A DNA stretch of 64,000 nt from Zophobihabitans entericus (GCF_011745665.1 NZ_CP050253.1:35418-99417); one strand, 5' to 3'. Shown: positions 53,302-64,000, numbered from the stretch's first letter. Numbers and translations are program-made. Notes: a model not told the origin generated them from the letters alone.

Positions 53302-54177
53302 ATGAAATACGCCTTAGGCCCTGTTCTGTATTATTGGCCTAAAACAGAAACTGAAAGTTTTTATCACGCAGCAAAAGAAAGTGAAGCGGATATCATCTAT
53401 TTAGGTGAAACTGTTTGTACCAAACGTCGAGAGATGAAAGTACCGGACTGGCTGGACTTAGCAAAAGCGCTTTCCTCTTCCGGTAAACAAATCGTCATTT
53501 CAACACTAGCACTGCTGGAAGCTCCGTCAGAAATGAATGAGCTACGCCAGTATGTCAATAATGGCGATTTTTTAGTTGAAGCTAACGACCTGGCCGCAGT
53601 TAATCTGGCACAGGAATATCATTTACCTTTTGTGGCAGGACCTGCCCTCAACTGCTATAACGCTCATACGCTGAAAATCTTGTTAAAACAAGGAATGACA
53701 CGCTGGTGTATGCCCGTTGAACTGTCCCGAGACTGGTTACAAAATGTGGTAACTCAGCTTGATGAGCTGCAACTGCGCAATAAGTTTGAGATTGAAGTCT
53801 TTAGCTATGGTTATTTACCGCTTGCTTACTCTGCTCGTTGTTTTACTGCACGTTCTGAAGATAAGCCAAAAGATAAATGTGAAACCTGTTGTATCAAGTA
53901 TCCGCAAGGGCGCGAAGTGTTCTCACAAGAGCAACAAAAAGTCTTTGTGCTAAATGGTATTCAGACACAAAGTGGTTATTGCTATAACCTTGGCAATAAT
54001 TTGGTCGATATGCATGGTCTGGTTGATGTGGTACGACTTTCCCCAAATGATGTTGGTACTTTAGATATTCTGAGCCAGTTTAAACGTAATGAACATGGCA
54101 ATTCACCAATTACTGTTGAATCTGCCAGAGATTGTAATGGCTACTGGAACGGTATCGCAGGACTGGATTTAAGATGA
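53302..54177 (+). CDS. ubiV: U32-family protein UbiV.
   Basis: MKYALGPVLYYWPKTE…IYLGETVCTKRR matches E. coli YhbV/UbiV. Conserved Cys cluster. Confidence 0.9.
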   Translation: MKYALGPVLYYWPKTETESFYHAAKESEADIIYLGETVCTKRREMKVPDWLDLAKALSSSGKQIVISTLALLEAPSEMNELRQYVNNGDFLVEANDLAAVNLAQEYHLPFVAGPALNCYNAHTLKILLKQGMTRWCMPVELSRDWLQNVVTQLDELQLRNKFEIEVFSYGYLPLAYSARCFTARSEDKPKDKCETCCIKYPQGREVFSQEQQKVFVLNGIQTQSGYCYNLGNNLVDMHGLVDVVRLSPNDVGTLDILSQFKRNEHGNSPITVESARDCNGYWNGIAGLDLR

Positions 54178-55382
54178 AAATCTTTGAGCCGGTTGGTTTT
54201 CGGCAGGCATTCCCTGCTTTACAGCAACCAACCGTCTATCTGGACTCAGCCTCTACAGCACTCAAGCCTCAAACTATGATTGAGGCTATTACCGCTTATT
54301 ATGCAACCAATACCGCGACAGCTTATCGTAGTCTTCACCCGCAGGCACAAGAAACGACACGTGCTTTAGAGCAGGCTCGCCTTCAGGTGGCAGATCTATT
54401 ACACGCAAGCAGCTTTCAGCAGATTGTCTGGACCAAAGGTGTCACTGAATCATTAAATCTCATCGCTCAAAGCTATGCCAGAAGCACCCTGCAAGCCGGA
54501 GATGAGATTATTGTCAGTGAGCTTGAACATCATAGTAATCTGATTCCGTGGCTAATTGTGGCGCAGCAAACTGGCGCTAAAGTCATTAAATGGCAGGTAG
54601 ATTCAACAGGTTCATTGAGTTTACATGATTATCAACAATGCCTAAGTACGAAGACTAAAATCGTGGCGATTAGCCAGATGTCTAATGTAACCGGTTATGC
54701 TGTTGATATAGAGAAAGTGATTAAACTTGCCCATAAGCACAGTGCGGTTGTCGTTGTTGATGCGGCACAAGGTATTGTACATCACCCCTTGAATGTGACT
54801 GAACTGGATATCGATTTTTACGCCTTTTCTGCCCATAAGTTATATGGTCCGACCGGACTTGGGGTTCTATACGCCAAAACTGAATTGCTTGCTCAAATGC
54901 CCGTCTGGCACGGTGGTGGAAAAATGTTAAAAACCGCCAGCTTTGCTGGATTTGAAGCACTACCAGCACCGCAAAAATTTGAAGCAGGTACACCGGATAT
55001 TGCTGGAATTATCGGTTTTAATGCGGTACTTGATTGGTATCAGACCATCGACTGGCAACAAGCTGAACAATATACTTGTCATCTGGCTGAGCTAGCTGAA
55101 CAGCGTTTATCGCAAATGAGTGGATTTACCAGCTACCGGGCAAAGCAAAGCACTATTTTATCTTTTACAATTAAAGATATTCATCACAGTGATTTAGCCC
55201 TACTGCTGGCAGAACAACATATTGCTATCAGAACAGGCGAACTCTGTGCCCAGCCTTTGATAAAAGCTCTGGGGGTTTCTGGTGTGATCCGGGCTTCTTT
55301 CATGCCATACAATAATGCAAGCGATGTCGAGCTGTTTGTCACAGCCCTGCAAAATGCGTTAGTTATTCTGACTGAAGACTAA
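54174..55382 (+). CDS. csdA: Cysteine desulfurase / cysteine sulfinate desulfinase CsdA (class V aminotransferase).
   Basis: FPALQQPTVYLDSASTALKP…SAHKLYGPTGLGVLY PLP-Lys region. Followed by csdE. Confidence 0.85.
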   Translation: MKIFEPVGFRQAFPALQQPTVYLDSASTALKPQTMIEAITAYYATNTATAYRSLHPQAQETTRALEQARLQVADLLHASSFQQIVWTKGVTESLNLIAQSYARSTLQAGDEIIVSELEHHSNLIPWLIVAQQTGAKVIKWQVDSTGSLSLHDYQQCLSTKTKIVAISQMSNVTGYAVDIEKVIKLAHKHSAVVVVDAAQGIVHHPLNVTELDIDFYAFSAHKLYGPTGLGVLYAKTELLAQMPVWHGGGKMLKTASFAGFEALPAPQKFEAGTPDIAGIIGFNAVLDWYQTIDWQQAEQYTCHLAELAEQRLSQMSGFTSYRAKQSTILSFTIKDIHHSDLALLLAEQHIAIRTGELCAQPLIKALGVSGVIRASFMPYNNASDVELFVTALQNALVILTED

Positions 55383-55393
55383 GGAAATAATGT

Positions 55394-55795
55394 ATGTTAA
55401 CTGAGTCTGAACTCATCGCTCTGTTTGTGACACAAACTAACTGGCAGGATCGTTATCGTCTGATTATTCAACAAGCGAAGCAATTACCTGACTTAGCACC
55501 CGAGCAAAAAACAGATGAGTTATTAGTCTCAGGTTGTGAAAATAAAGTATGGATTGGAGCAAATAAACATAATGATAATACTCTCACCTTTTTTGGAGAT
55601 AGCGACGGGCGCATTGTGAAAGGTTTGCTGGCGATTTTAATAACTTTGGTAAATGGTAAGACTACTGAACAGATTCAGAACTTAGATATTGAACACTATT
55701 TTGAACAGTTACATATCAAAAAAGAATTAAGCCAATCTAAACAGATTGGCTTACAGAGTTTAATCAAAAGAATCAAAGAGTTATCTATTAATTAA
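55394..55795 (+). CDS. csdE: Sulfur acceptor protein CsdE (SufE family).
   Basis: SufE-like with the conserved Cys in VSGCENKVW. Confidence 0.85.
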   Translation: MLTESELIALFVTQTNWQDRYRLIIQQAKQLPDLAPEQKTDELLVSGCENKVWIGANKHNDNTLTFFGDSDGRIVKGLLAILITLVNGKTTEQIQNLDIEHYFEQLHIKKELSQSKQIGLQSLIKRIKELSIN

Positions 55796-55814
55796 CCCTT
55801 TGATTTTATTGAAT

Positions 55815-56396
55815 TTATTCTTCAATATAAGTAAATGCAGTTACGACTAATTTAACACCGGCAACTTTACTGGCAACTTCCGCAGCGGTACGCGCTTCAT
55901 CACGAGTCACAATACCCATCAGGAACACTTCACTATTTTCAGTCACTACTTTAATGTTACGGGCTTTAGTTTCGCTATTAGCAACAAGCTGAGTTTTTAC
56001 TTTAGTAGTAATCCAGGCATCATTGGTCAGCGTGCCTGCACCAATCTTTTCACCTAAGCGAATTTGGTTATAAACCTGTACAACACCATCTGTTTCTGAC
56101 GTCAGATCGGCTGCACGTTGAATTTGTGTCTCGTCCGCTGCCTGACCCGTTAACAGTACTGAACCGTTATAAGATGTCGCTACGATGCGTGCGTTTTGGA
56201 ATTCACTTTCGTGATCTTTTAATTTAATACCCACACGTGAATCTAAAGTAGTATCATCAACTTGTGTACCAACTGTACGAGGATCCGAGGCAGTTTTTGC
56301 TGTCACTCCAGCAGCAGTCCCGATTGCGACCGCCACACACCCTTGCAATAACAGTGCACCCGATAAAATCATTGCAATATAAGCAAATCTTTTCAT
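55815..56396 (-). CDS. dolP: Dual-BON-domain outer-membrane lipoprotein DolP (YraP).
   Basis: Lipobox LLQGC. Two BON domains. Conserved yraN-diaA-dolP order. Confidence 0.85.
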   Translation of the reverse strand: MKRFAYIAMILSGALLLQGCVAVAIGTAAGVTAKTASDPRTVGTQVDDTTLDSRVGIKLKDHESEFQNARIVATSYNGSVLLTGQAADETQIQRAADLTSETDGVVQVYNQIRLGEKIGAGTLTNDAWITTKVKTQLVANSETKARNIKVVTENSEVFLMGIVTRDEARTAAEVASKVAGVKLVVTAFTYIEE

Positions 56397-56421
56397 AATT
56401 ATCCCTCTATTAATTATCTAA

Positions 56422-57009
56422 CTACTCTTTATACATAAAGAGTGAATGCTCAATCAATTGGCATAAACAGTCTAAAACCAGTGTATGCATCTCTTGAATT
56501 CTTACTTTTTTGTAGGACGGGATACGAATCTCAATATCGTGTTGCCCAAGTAAACCTACAATCTCACCACCATCACAACCTGTTAATGCGATGATCGCCA
56601 TATCTTTAATGACTGATTCTTGCACTGCCCGGATAATGCTAGAATTGACGCCTTCACTGGAGATAACCAGTAAAATATCCCCGGACTGGCCCAAAGCCTG
56701 TATCTGCTTGGCATAGATCTCATCATGTTGTCCACCATTAGCAATAGCACTGAGTACAACGGCATCTGAAACCAGAGAAATCGCTGGCATACTGGGTCTT
56801 TCTATCTCAACGCCATTGATCAGTTTAGACGTGAAATTCTGTGCATTAGCAGCAGAAGCACCATTACCACAAGATAAGATTTTATTACCATTTAATAGTG
56901 CCTGTACCAATTTTTGAGCGGATACTTCAATGGTTTCACTTAACGCTTCTGCAGTGACTATCTGTGTCTGAATACTTTCTGTAAAATAACTTTTAATTAA
57001 ATCTTGCAC
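56422..57009 (-). CDS. diaA: DnaA initiator-associating protein DiaA (SIS-domain).
   Basis: Collinear with E. coli DiaA (CFTESIQTQ…ILCCGNGTSAANAQ…). Confidence 0.9.
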   Translation of the reverse strand: MQDLIKSYFTESIQTQIVTAEALSETIEVSAQKLVQALLNGNKILSCGNGASAANAQNFTSKLINGVEIERPSMPAISLVSDAVVLSAIANGGQHDEIYAKQIQALGQSGDILLVISSEGVNSSIIRAVQESVIKDMAIIALTGCDGGEIVGLLGQHDIEIRIPSYKKVRIQEMHTLVLDCLCQLIEHSLFMYKE

Positions 57010-57027
57010 AACCTATTACCTGTAAAA

Positions 57028-57417
57028 TTAAGCCCCGAACACGTGCGTAATCCATTGTTTTTCCTGTCCTGTGATAGCAAAAATATCAAAGCGATACTCT
57101 TCAGTTTCCGGATTAAGCCCCTGACGTTGTAACCATAACATTGCCGAGGTAATCAACCGTTGTTGCTTACTACTATTTACAGTCGCTGCCGCACTACCAA
57201 AATGACTGTTACGTCTGAAACGCACCTCCACAAATACCCAACACAAACCATCCTGCATAATCAGATCGATTTCACCACCTTTGAAATAGCAATTCTGATC
57301 GATAAAAATCAGCCCGTGATGTTGTAAAAAATCACGAGCGATAATTTCAAAGCGGGTACCGATCTGTCGCTTATTTAGCGAACGGGTACCACTGTTCCGC
57401 GTCGGTATTGTTGCCAA
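57028..57417 (-). CDS. yraN: UPF0102 family protein YraN.
   Basis: Conserved GEIDLIMQDG…VFVEVRFR motif. Confidence 0.85.
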   Translation of the reverse strand: MATIPTRNSGTRSLNKRQIGTRFEIIARDFLQHHGLIFIDQNCYFKGGEIDLIMQDGLCWVFVEVRFRRNSHFGSAAATVNSSKQQRLITSAMLWLQRQGLNPETEEYRFDIFAITGQEKQWITHVFGA

Positions 57418-59447
57418 ATTAATTCCCGGGTCACATCACAGCGTTCAACGACAGACAACTTGCCGGTCATTCCTTCTAAGAAGTCTGCTTTATAAGGTTT
57501 CAACTCATCATAACGATTAGCCAGACGCCATGCATCAATACCCATCGCATAGAGACGTACTAATGAATAATCATTCTTAATATAACTTGGTAAAGTCTCC
57601 AGCATATCTGCCTGATTAACAATAAGTGGAATTTCACTAAATTGTACGCGATCCATTTCGTTACTGAAATCACCACCACTGTTCACACTATGGCTACGTG
57701 AACTACTATAAATTGGCGGCGTCGGCTTTTCTTTCATCTCTGCTTCAGGTTCTTCTTCGATCCCTTCTGTATTACCTTCTGCTATCGCCTGAGCAAGTTG
57801 TGCGGCACGCTCCGCTTGAGCTTTTTCGCGCTCTTTTTCACGTTCAGATTTCATGTCCAACATCGGTTTAATCAGTGTTAACTCATCAGCTGTGGCAAAA
57901 ACATAAATGGAATCAATCTCAGGAACGATATCTTCTGCTGGTTCTGTAGAATCAACGACTGTTGAAGTATCCGGTTGCGCCTGCAAAATCAGTCCAGCCA
58001 GAGGGTCTTGCTCCATTGGATCGTGTGGTAGTTGTGATCTGTCAATGATCAGTTCACCATTCACTTCCAGACCAACACCTTTATTCATTGTACGACTTAG
58101 CTGATCAGCTGATGCAAAATATTGTACATAAGCATTAGCTTCACCTTTAAGTTCAAGCCATTGCTGAGCAAAAGCATTCGCTACGCGACGTCCAAGATCA
58201 CCTTGTGGTGCAATAACCAGCGGCATCTGTTTACGTTGACTAAAAATATGGCGAGCAGCATCGCGCGCTTCATCTTCTGGTGATAGCGCAAAATAACAAA
58301 CATTTGCAGCTGTTACAGAACCTGTTTCTGCCGCATCAGTACGATTTAAGGCAAGAACAGGAACATTAATGGCTAATGCTTCCATGGCTGACACGTTATT
58401 TTTAAGTAAAGGACCAACAATTAAGTTAGCACCTTGTTGCTGAGCTTGCACCGCAAGGTCGGCAATAGGTGCTGCCGTTGTATCATAAACATTGATATTC
58501 TGATTTTGTTCGGATGGATAAAACTTACTGGCATCCATATACCCTAACCTGATAGTTTCACCAAACACTTTAGAAGAACCACTTAGTGGTAAAAATAATG
58601 CGACAGTCAGGTGATTATCAGTTTCTGGCAAACGACGTGCCTCACCATAGATATTGCGCGGCAAATAAATAGCAGCAGGATTACTTGAATACTGAATTTG
58701 CCAGCCATGTATCGCATTTTTTAAGTTCAGAAAATGTTCTTGTTCTTCTGGTGTATTAAACTCACCAGTATAAGCACCACCGCTATTACGATAAGTATAA
58801 AGTAAGTCAATCCAACCTTGTAAAGTGACTTCATTAACATAGACGATGACTTTATTAACTTGAGCATCGCTTAAGCTAGTTAAAAAATCCCATGTTTCAT
58901 TGATCGTTTGATGGCGCTGCTGTTCTGTCCCTAATTGTTCAAGAGTGATGTAATCACGAAGCTGTGCACCCGTATCACCCTTTTGTCCACTAACACCAAT
59001 ACGAATATGGTAGTAGCGTATTTTTTGTGCTTCAGAGAGGTCATCTACATTTAGCTGAGCAATATCAAATGAAGTACGTTGCTTAACCGCTAATTCACCA
59101 AGATTTAACAACTGTTCTTTTTTCTGCTCACCGCTTAAATTGTCAGGCAGCTGAGATAAGATATTTTTAGCTTGTGATAATTTATTCTCGCTAATTAAAG
59201 AACGAGCAGCCAGAAGATTCCAGTTAACTTGTTCTTTGCCAGATGAATTCTGTGCTAAGGAAAGATAATAAGCAGAACCCTTGGTCGCATCATAATCCAG
59301 CGGTTTACTCGCTGTCGTGATACAACCAGCCAGTAGTATCACCATACCAAGAGTAAGCACCGCCTTAGTCCAATAGGCAGTCTGCTTTGATAAATAACTA
59401 TTGAATGAACTTATCATATTTTTCTCATCATTTTGATGGCAGATCAT
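57375..59447 (-). CDS. lpoA: Penicillin-binding protein activator LpoA (outer-membrane lipoprotein).
   Basis: Lipobox LLAGC. N-terminal TPR-like domain plus C-terminal periplasmic-binding-like domain. Divergent from rlmM/rsmI region, as in E. coli. Confidence 0.85.
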   Translation of the reverse strand: MICHQNDEKNMISSFNSYLSKQTAYWTKAVLTLGMVILLAGCITTASKPLDYDATKGSAYYLSLAQNSSGKEQVNWNLLAARSLISENKLSQAKNILSQLPDNLSGEQKKEQLLNLGELAVKQRTSFDIAQLNVDDLSEAQKIRYYHIRIGVSGQKGDTGAQLRDYITLEQLGTEQQRHQTINETWDFLTSLSDAQVNKVIVYVNEVTLQGWIDLLYTYRNSGGAYTGEFNTPEEQEHFLNLKNAIHGWQIQYSSNPAAIYLPRNIYGEARRLPETDNHLTVALFLPLSGSSKVFGETIRLGYMDASKFYPSEQNQNINVYDTTAAPIADLAVQAQQQGANLIVGPLLKNNVSAMEALAINVPVLALNRTDAAETGSVTAANVCYFALSPEDEARDAARHIFSQRKQMPLVIAPQGDLGRRVANAFAQQWLELKGEANAYVQYFASADQLSRTMNKGVGLEVNGELIIDRSQLPHDPMEQDPLAGLILQAQPDTSTVVDSTEPAEDIVPEIDSIYVFATADELTLIKPMLDMKSEREKEREKAQAERAAQLAQAIAEGNTEGIEEEPEAEMKEKPTPPIYSSSRSHSVNSGGDFSNEMDRVQFSEIPLIVNQADMLETLPSYIKNDYSLVRLYAMGIDAWRLANRYDELKPYKADFLEGMTGKLSVVERCDVTRELIWQQYRRGTVVPVR

Positions 59448-59569
59448 CTACCACAACATAAATTTTGTGCCATTATAACCTGAATTATTTGATATACATC
59501 GTATTATCAAACATCTCATCACACATAATGCTCATTTTACACGTCATCTCTGGTGAGATCTATGCTAAA

Positions 59570-60706
59570 TTATTCAGGGACTTTCGTTCCCCAGATACAT
59601 CTGACATGAACTGTTACTTCTTCCCGGTCATGATAAAGCTGTTTTGCCTGAATCAGAGCATTCACTCCATTTTCTTTGAGCTGTTCATCTAAAAAAGTCA
59701 GATTTTGTTTCACTTCTTCATAACGTTTTTTCATTGGCAGTTTCAGGTTAAATATCGCCTCACGACACCAGCCATTAACCAACCATTTAACCATCAGCTC
59801 AGTGATTCGAGCTGGTTTTTCTACCATATCGCATACCAGCCAGGTGATATTATTGCGTTTAGGCTCAAACTTAAAGCCATCTTCACGATAATGTTTAACC
59901 TGTCCGGTATCCATCAGCTTTTGGTCCATCATTCCGTTATCAACCGCCTGCACCATCATACTGCGCTGTACTAACTGATAAGTCCAGCCACCCGGGCAGG
60001 CTCCAAGATCTACAGCATGCATGCCACCAACTAAGCGCTCATCCCACTCTTCATACGGAATAAAGATATGAAACGCTTCTTCTAGCTTAAGCGTCGAGCG
60101 ACTTGGTGCATCAGACGGAAATTTTAAGCGCGGAATTCCCATATGAAATGGAGAATTATTATTACTGAGGGAATATCCAACATAACAGCAACCACTGGCA
60201 ATAAAAAAGACATGAATCACCGGACGGGATGCATTCTCTGTCCGTAATAAAATGCGTTTATCCCGCAATACTTGCCTCAATGGCACAGTAAATTTTCGGC
60301 AAAAAGCTGCTAACTCTTTACCTTCATTAGTATCAGGCACTTCGACTCTTAAAGTTCCTGCTTTTTGAATCACACCCTCAAGTACCGTGACAATTGGCGT
60401 AATCCGATCTTCAGTTGGCAAATGTTGTAATAAATCACCAGCAGCAAAAAACTGGCGAGCAAAAATCAAAGAGCCAAAAGGGATCTTAGCAATGAGCTTT
60501 TCTGCCTCACCTTCCTGATAGCACTCAAAGGAGACATAACCGCTATTTTCTTTAGCCTTAGCAAATCCATAGACTTCAAGCTGTGATGCTTTATCGGTAA
60601 TTTCTGCTGCACACTCTTTCTCAAAACCAGAGCGGCAATAGAGGATAACTTTATTTAATTTTTGCATGATATCTTTCTGCGTAGTCATAACGTGTCTGGC
60701 AGACAT
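59570..60706 (-). CDS. rlmM: 23S rRNA (cytidine2498-2'-O)-methyltransferase RlmM. The probable start is the internal Met ([11 protein letters not shown]…, ~60667).
   Basis: Near-collinear with E. coli RlmM/YgdE ([18 protein letters not shown]…FIAPGCCY…[14 protein letters not shown]). Confidence 0.9.
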   Translation of the reverse strand: MSARHVMTTQKDIMQKLNKVILYCRSGFEKECAAEITDKASQLEVYGFAKAKENSGYVSFECYQEGEAEKLIAKIPFGSLIFARQFFAAGDLLQHLPTEDRITPIVTVLEGVIQKAGTLRVEVPDTNEGKELAAFCRKFTVPLRQVLRDKRILLRTENASRPVIHVFFIASGCCYVGYSLSNNNSPFHMGIPRLKFPSDAPSRSTLKLEEAFHIFIPYEEWDERLVGGMHAVDLGACPGGWTYQLVQRSMMVQAVDNGMMDQKLMDTGQVKHYREDGFKFEPKRNNITWLVCDMVEKPARITELMVKWLVNGWCREAIFNLKLPMKKRYEEVKQNLTFLDEQLKENGVNALIQAKQLYHDREEVTVHVRCIWGTKVPE

Positions 60707-60823
60707 ATCAGCCAGATTTAAAATTTGTCTTAGTGTAGTCGATATCAGCTATCGGATCACGCAATTGTCACATTTTAGGTAAAATATTCGCCAGAAATTA
60801 AAGGATTCATTCAGTTAAATAAT

Positions 60824-60854
60824 AAAAAAAGCCAGCATATAAAAATATGCTGGC
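60824..60854 (-). terminator. Rho-independent terminator (minus strand) downstream of the 485-aa secreted-protein gene.
   Basis: gccagcatat-aaaa-atatgctggc hairpin preceded by an A7 tract on the plus strand, which gives a T7 tract on the minus strand. Confidence 0.7.
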
Positions 60855-60921
60855 AACCTTGGATGGTTAGGGAAAATTTAAAATAATAAAATCAAACTAT
60901 AATGTTTATCTCTGTATAAAC

Positions 60922-62379
60922 TTATAAAATACACACAGCACCAAATGCACCTGTAGTACCACTGTATTTACTAAGCGTAGATGATCCACTAGCACTATAT
61001 CCCCAGATTGTTGTCCCATCAGCTTTAAGTAATTCACCAGTCCATTGCCCCGTTCTCATCTCTGATAATGGATAAGCGGTAAGAAATGTACCGCCTTGCC
61101 CCCATTCGCTGGACAAATTCACTGATTTGGGATTAGCCGCACTGGCATCACGATACGGTGGAATATTACTAAATGCTGCGGCAGGGTTCCCGCTTCCAGC
61201 TGGATACAAGGAATTATCAGCATAAGATGCCTGCACAAACTCAGATCTTAGAGGTAACCGCCCACCTTTAGCTGTACAATATGCGGCTGCCTCAGAAAAA
61301 TATGCTCGATTATTTGTATTATTCGTAAAATAGGTCGGATCAAATACATCTGCATTATGGAACCACAATCTGACTGTTGAAGTATGCACCACTTCTGAAG
61401 CTGGATTAGCTTTAGAATAGGCAATATATTTAACAGTTGCCGGCCAGCTGCCTTTAGTTGGTTTCTTCATAAAGGTAAAATTACCATTCGCGTCCACTTC
61501 AATCTCTTTTGATTGTGTTCCCGCACCAGAGGTATCAGCAACGTTAATACCATTAATTTCAACCCGATAGTGATAGTCTGTCTGTGTACCACTTGCCATC
61601 ACCATCTGAAACTTAGCGCCATGGAAAGCAGTTGTCGGAAACGTGGTTTTATCACGAATAAAGCCTTTGTTCGTGGTAAAGACTGCGCTATTGTAACCAC
61701 CCGCTGAAGAACCATCCGTTAATGTTGTTACAGCAGACACATTCATCTGCGCAGGTTTAAGGTAACAAGAGTAGTCTCCTGTCATAGAAACAAGATAAGT
61801 CACACTTCGGTAAGCATAATCACTCGTCAGTGGATCACCATAAGCCGAATTCACCACAACACGAGTGGTTGCATCTCCCGCAGAAAGTTGTAGGCGATAA
61901 GGTGCTGCACAAATATTCATATTGTCATCTAAGCTGGTAATCACATTACCACTAGCATCAGTCCATTTACCAACTAGTGCGCCACTAATTGAAGCAATCG
62001 TGTCACCGTCAACATCCTTCCCCCACGTTAAGGGAATCGTTTGTACGGTATTATCAGGTGTCAAATTTACCATAAAATCACTAAATTTAGTCCCGATAGG
62101 AACATCAATATAAGTTGGTTTTGTCAACGTTGTATAAACTGTTCCATCTGGCGTAGTGATATTGAGCATATCAACCAGTGTTGCTTCTGCATCATTAAGC
62201 CAGAGTTTAGGCCCATTACCTTGAATAGTTGAAGCGGTGGTTGCTGATATCAAAGCCTGTGTAGGTAAAGATATACCAAACCCGGTTAATAAGGAGAAAA
62301 TACACGTTAAAGAACGCATATTAAAAATATGATTATAATAACCTTTACTCTTTATTAAAAAAGCGTTGTTTTTGTTCAT
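60922..62379 (-). CDS. Secreted protein with a C-terminal C-type-lectin/FGE-like domain. Possible adhesin or invasin-like surface protein.
   Basis: N-terminal signal sequence (…IFSLLTGFGISLPTQALISA). Thr/Ser-rich probable Ig-like region. C-terminal AYFSEAAAYCTAKGGRLPLRSEF motif resembling lectin/FGE-fold proteins. AT-rich flanks. Confidence 0.45.
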   Translation of the reverse strand: MNKNNAFLIKSKGYYNHIFNMRSLTCIFSLLTGFGISLPTQALISATTASTIQGNGPKLWLNDAEATLVDMLNITTPDGTVYTTLTKPTYIDVPIGTKFSDFMVNLTPDNTVQTIPLTWGKDVDGDTIASISGALVGKWTDASGNVITSLDDNMNICAAPYRLQLSAGDATTRVVVNSAYGDPLTSDYAYRSVTYLVSMTGDYSCYLKPAQMNVSAVTTLTDGSSAGGYNSAVFTTNKGFIRDKTTFPTTAFHGAKFQMVMASGTQTDYHYRVEINGINVADTSGAGTQSKEIEVDANGNFTFMKKPTKGSWPATVKYIAYSKANPASEVVHTSTVRLWFHNADVFDPTYFTNNTNNRAYFSEAAAYCTAKGGRLPLRSEFVQASYADNSLYPAGSGNPAAAFSNIPPYRDASAANPKSVNLSSEWGQGGTFLTAYPLSEMRTGQWTGELLKADGTTIWGYSASGSSTLSKYSGTTGAFGAVCIL

Positions 62380-62972
62380 CCCATTCCCTTTATTCTTTTA
62401 TATACTGCTTTATTTTTATAATTAATTATTTGGCTGATTCTTGGTATTATATTTACACTCTCTCGCATGTATAAACGAAAAAGTACCTAACAGAATTTAT
62501 TCACCCAATATATTTTCGCTACATTTTTAAACAATCCAATAAGGCAACATTAACAAAAAATTCGGGTATATAAAGCAAGTTGCTTGATATTATTCATGAT
62601 TCCTAAATAAATAAAAAATCGTTTATATCGATCAATCCGCCAACTTATCATAAATTAAATCTATCAAAAAATAAACAATCGATCGCCAATACTGATCAAA
62701 AAGATAAAAAACCGATGAAAAAGTGCAAAAAACTTGTTCATCTATAGATGCAATAAAATTAATCAATATCATAACCAGAGCGCTTCAAATCGGTGTAATT
62801 CATTCCCACCAAAGAATTATGACCCAAAATTAATCCTCAAATTGAATAACATTTATTCTTGTATTTTCCTATTTATTACTGGTCTCTACCCCCACAAATG
62901 ATTACAATAGACCACGCTAAAATCACGGAATTAAAACCGTTTTCATTTTAACAATTACAATTAGAGTCACTG

Positions 62973-64000
62973 ATGAGCAAGAAACTATATATCAAAACCT
63001 GGGGCTGCCAGATGAATGAATACGATTCATCAAAAATGTCAGACCTCCTGCAATCAACCCACGGATATGACCTGACAGAAGACGACGAAGAAGCAGATAT
63101 TTTATTACTCAATACCTGTTCAATTCGAGAGAAAGCTCAGGAGAAAGTCTTCCACCAACTTGGTCGCTGGCGTAAATTAAAAAAGAAAAACCCAAACATT
63201 ATTATTGGCGTCGGTGGTTGTGTTGCCTCTCAGGAAGGGGATCAGATTCGTAAACGTGCACCATTTGTGAACATTGTCTTTGGGCCGCAAACCTTCCACC
63301 GTTTACCTGAAATGATTAATCAGGTGCAGGGAACAAAAAGCCATGTTGTAGACGTGAGTTTTCCTGAGATTGAAAAATTTGACCGTTTACCAGAACCTCA
63401 CTCATCAGGACCAACCGCCTTTGTTTCCATCATGGAAGGCTGTAATAAATATTGTACTTACTGCGTGGTGCCTTATACACGTGGTGAAGAAGTTAGTCGT
63501 CCATGTGATGATGTACTATTTGAAATTGCTCAGCTTGCCGCACAAGGTGTACGTGAAGTGAACCTGCTGGGTCAAAACGTGAATGCTTATCGTGGCGCCA
63601 CATTTGACGATGGTATTTGTACTTTTGCTGAATTACTGCGTTTAGTAGCAACTATTGATGGTATTGACCGTATCCGCTTTACAACCAGTCATCCTATTGA
63701 GTTTACCGATGATATTATTGAAGTCTATAAAGATACGCCTGAACTGGTCAGCTATCTGCATTTACCAGTACAAAGTGGTTCTGACCGTATTTTGACTATG
63801 ATGAAACGCTCACATACGGCACTGGAATATAAATCGATTATTCGTAAATTACATAAAGCTCGCCCTGGTATTCAAATCAGTTCTGACTTTATTGTTGGCT
63901 TCCCGGGGGAAACTCAGGAAGACTTCGAGCAAACGATGAAGTTAATCGCTGATGTCAACTTTGACCTTAGTTATAGCTTTATCTATTCAGCTCGTCCGGG
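62973..64000 (+). CDS. miaB: tRNA-2-methylthio-N6-dimethylallyladenosine synthase MiaB (5' portion). It continues beyond the window.
   Basis: [22 protein letters not shown]… MTTase N-terminal domain. Radical-SAM CNKYCTYC motif. No stop before the window end. Confidence 0.9.
   Translation, partial: MSKKLYIKTWGCQMNEYDSSKMSDLLQSTHGYDLTEDDEEADILLLNTCSIREKAQEKVFHQLGRWRKLKKKNPNIIIGVGGCVASQEGDQIRKRAPFVNIVFGPQTFHRLPEMINQVQGTKSHVVDVSFPEIEKFDRLPEPHSSGPTAFVSIMEGCNKYCTYCVVPYTRGEEVSRPCDDVLFEIAQLAAQGVREVNLLGQNVNAYRGATFDDGICTFAELLRLVATIDGIDRIRFTTSHPIEFTDDIIEVYKDTPELVSYLHLPVQSGSDRILTMMKRSHTALEYKSIIRKLHKARPGIQISSDFIVGFPGETQEDFEQTMKLIADVNFDLSYSFIYSARP

Overview
This is a low-GC (~35%) gammaproteobacterial chromosome segment. 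Most of it is core housekeeping genes with strong E. coli-like synteny; Orbaceae-like is a guess. The core includes a partial pdxS with a divergent MocR-type regulator, a multicopper oxidase with an ABC exporter, an autotransporter, and tgt, queA and ffh. It also includes yibQ-envC-gpmI and relA-rlmD-coaD, two GT2 glycosyltransferases, and a complete trp operon (trpL leader and attenuator, then trpE-GD-CF-B-A). Further core genes are an aldehyde dehydrogenase, priA, a LacI-family regulator, ubiU-ubiV-csdA-csdE, dolP-diaA-yraN-lpoA, rlmM and the 5' end of miaB.

The one clearly accessory region is an ~8.2 kb genomic island integrated at the 3' end of tRNA-Pro(UGG). It is bounded by a 22-28 bp direct repeat of the tRNA 3' end at ~9012-9038 and 17226-17253. 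It carries a P4-type integrase, an OLD-family ATPase-Toprim nuclease with a small partner ORF, a second tyrosine-recombinase-like protein next to a GC-rich hairpin-rich non-coding block, duplicated XRE repressors flanking a Ner-like regulator, and a tightly coupled three-gene operon. The operon is a hypothetical protein, then a DUF488 protein, then a DUF4326 protein. The last two share a C-x-[CE]-x-x-P-x-x-C-H-[RG]-x-[LV]-[VI]-x-D-[YF]-L motif, so they look like tandem homologous domains. That operon is the best candidate for an undescribed defence or conflict system in this window.

Other points of interest are recurring AT-rich palindromes, a CCCCCAATTAAACCCCCA motif present three times around the island ends, structured non-coding segments downstream of relA, a LemA-plus-paralog-pair module, and a zinc-ribbon plus SPFH/SHOCT gene pair.
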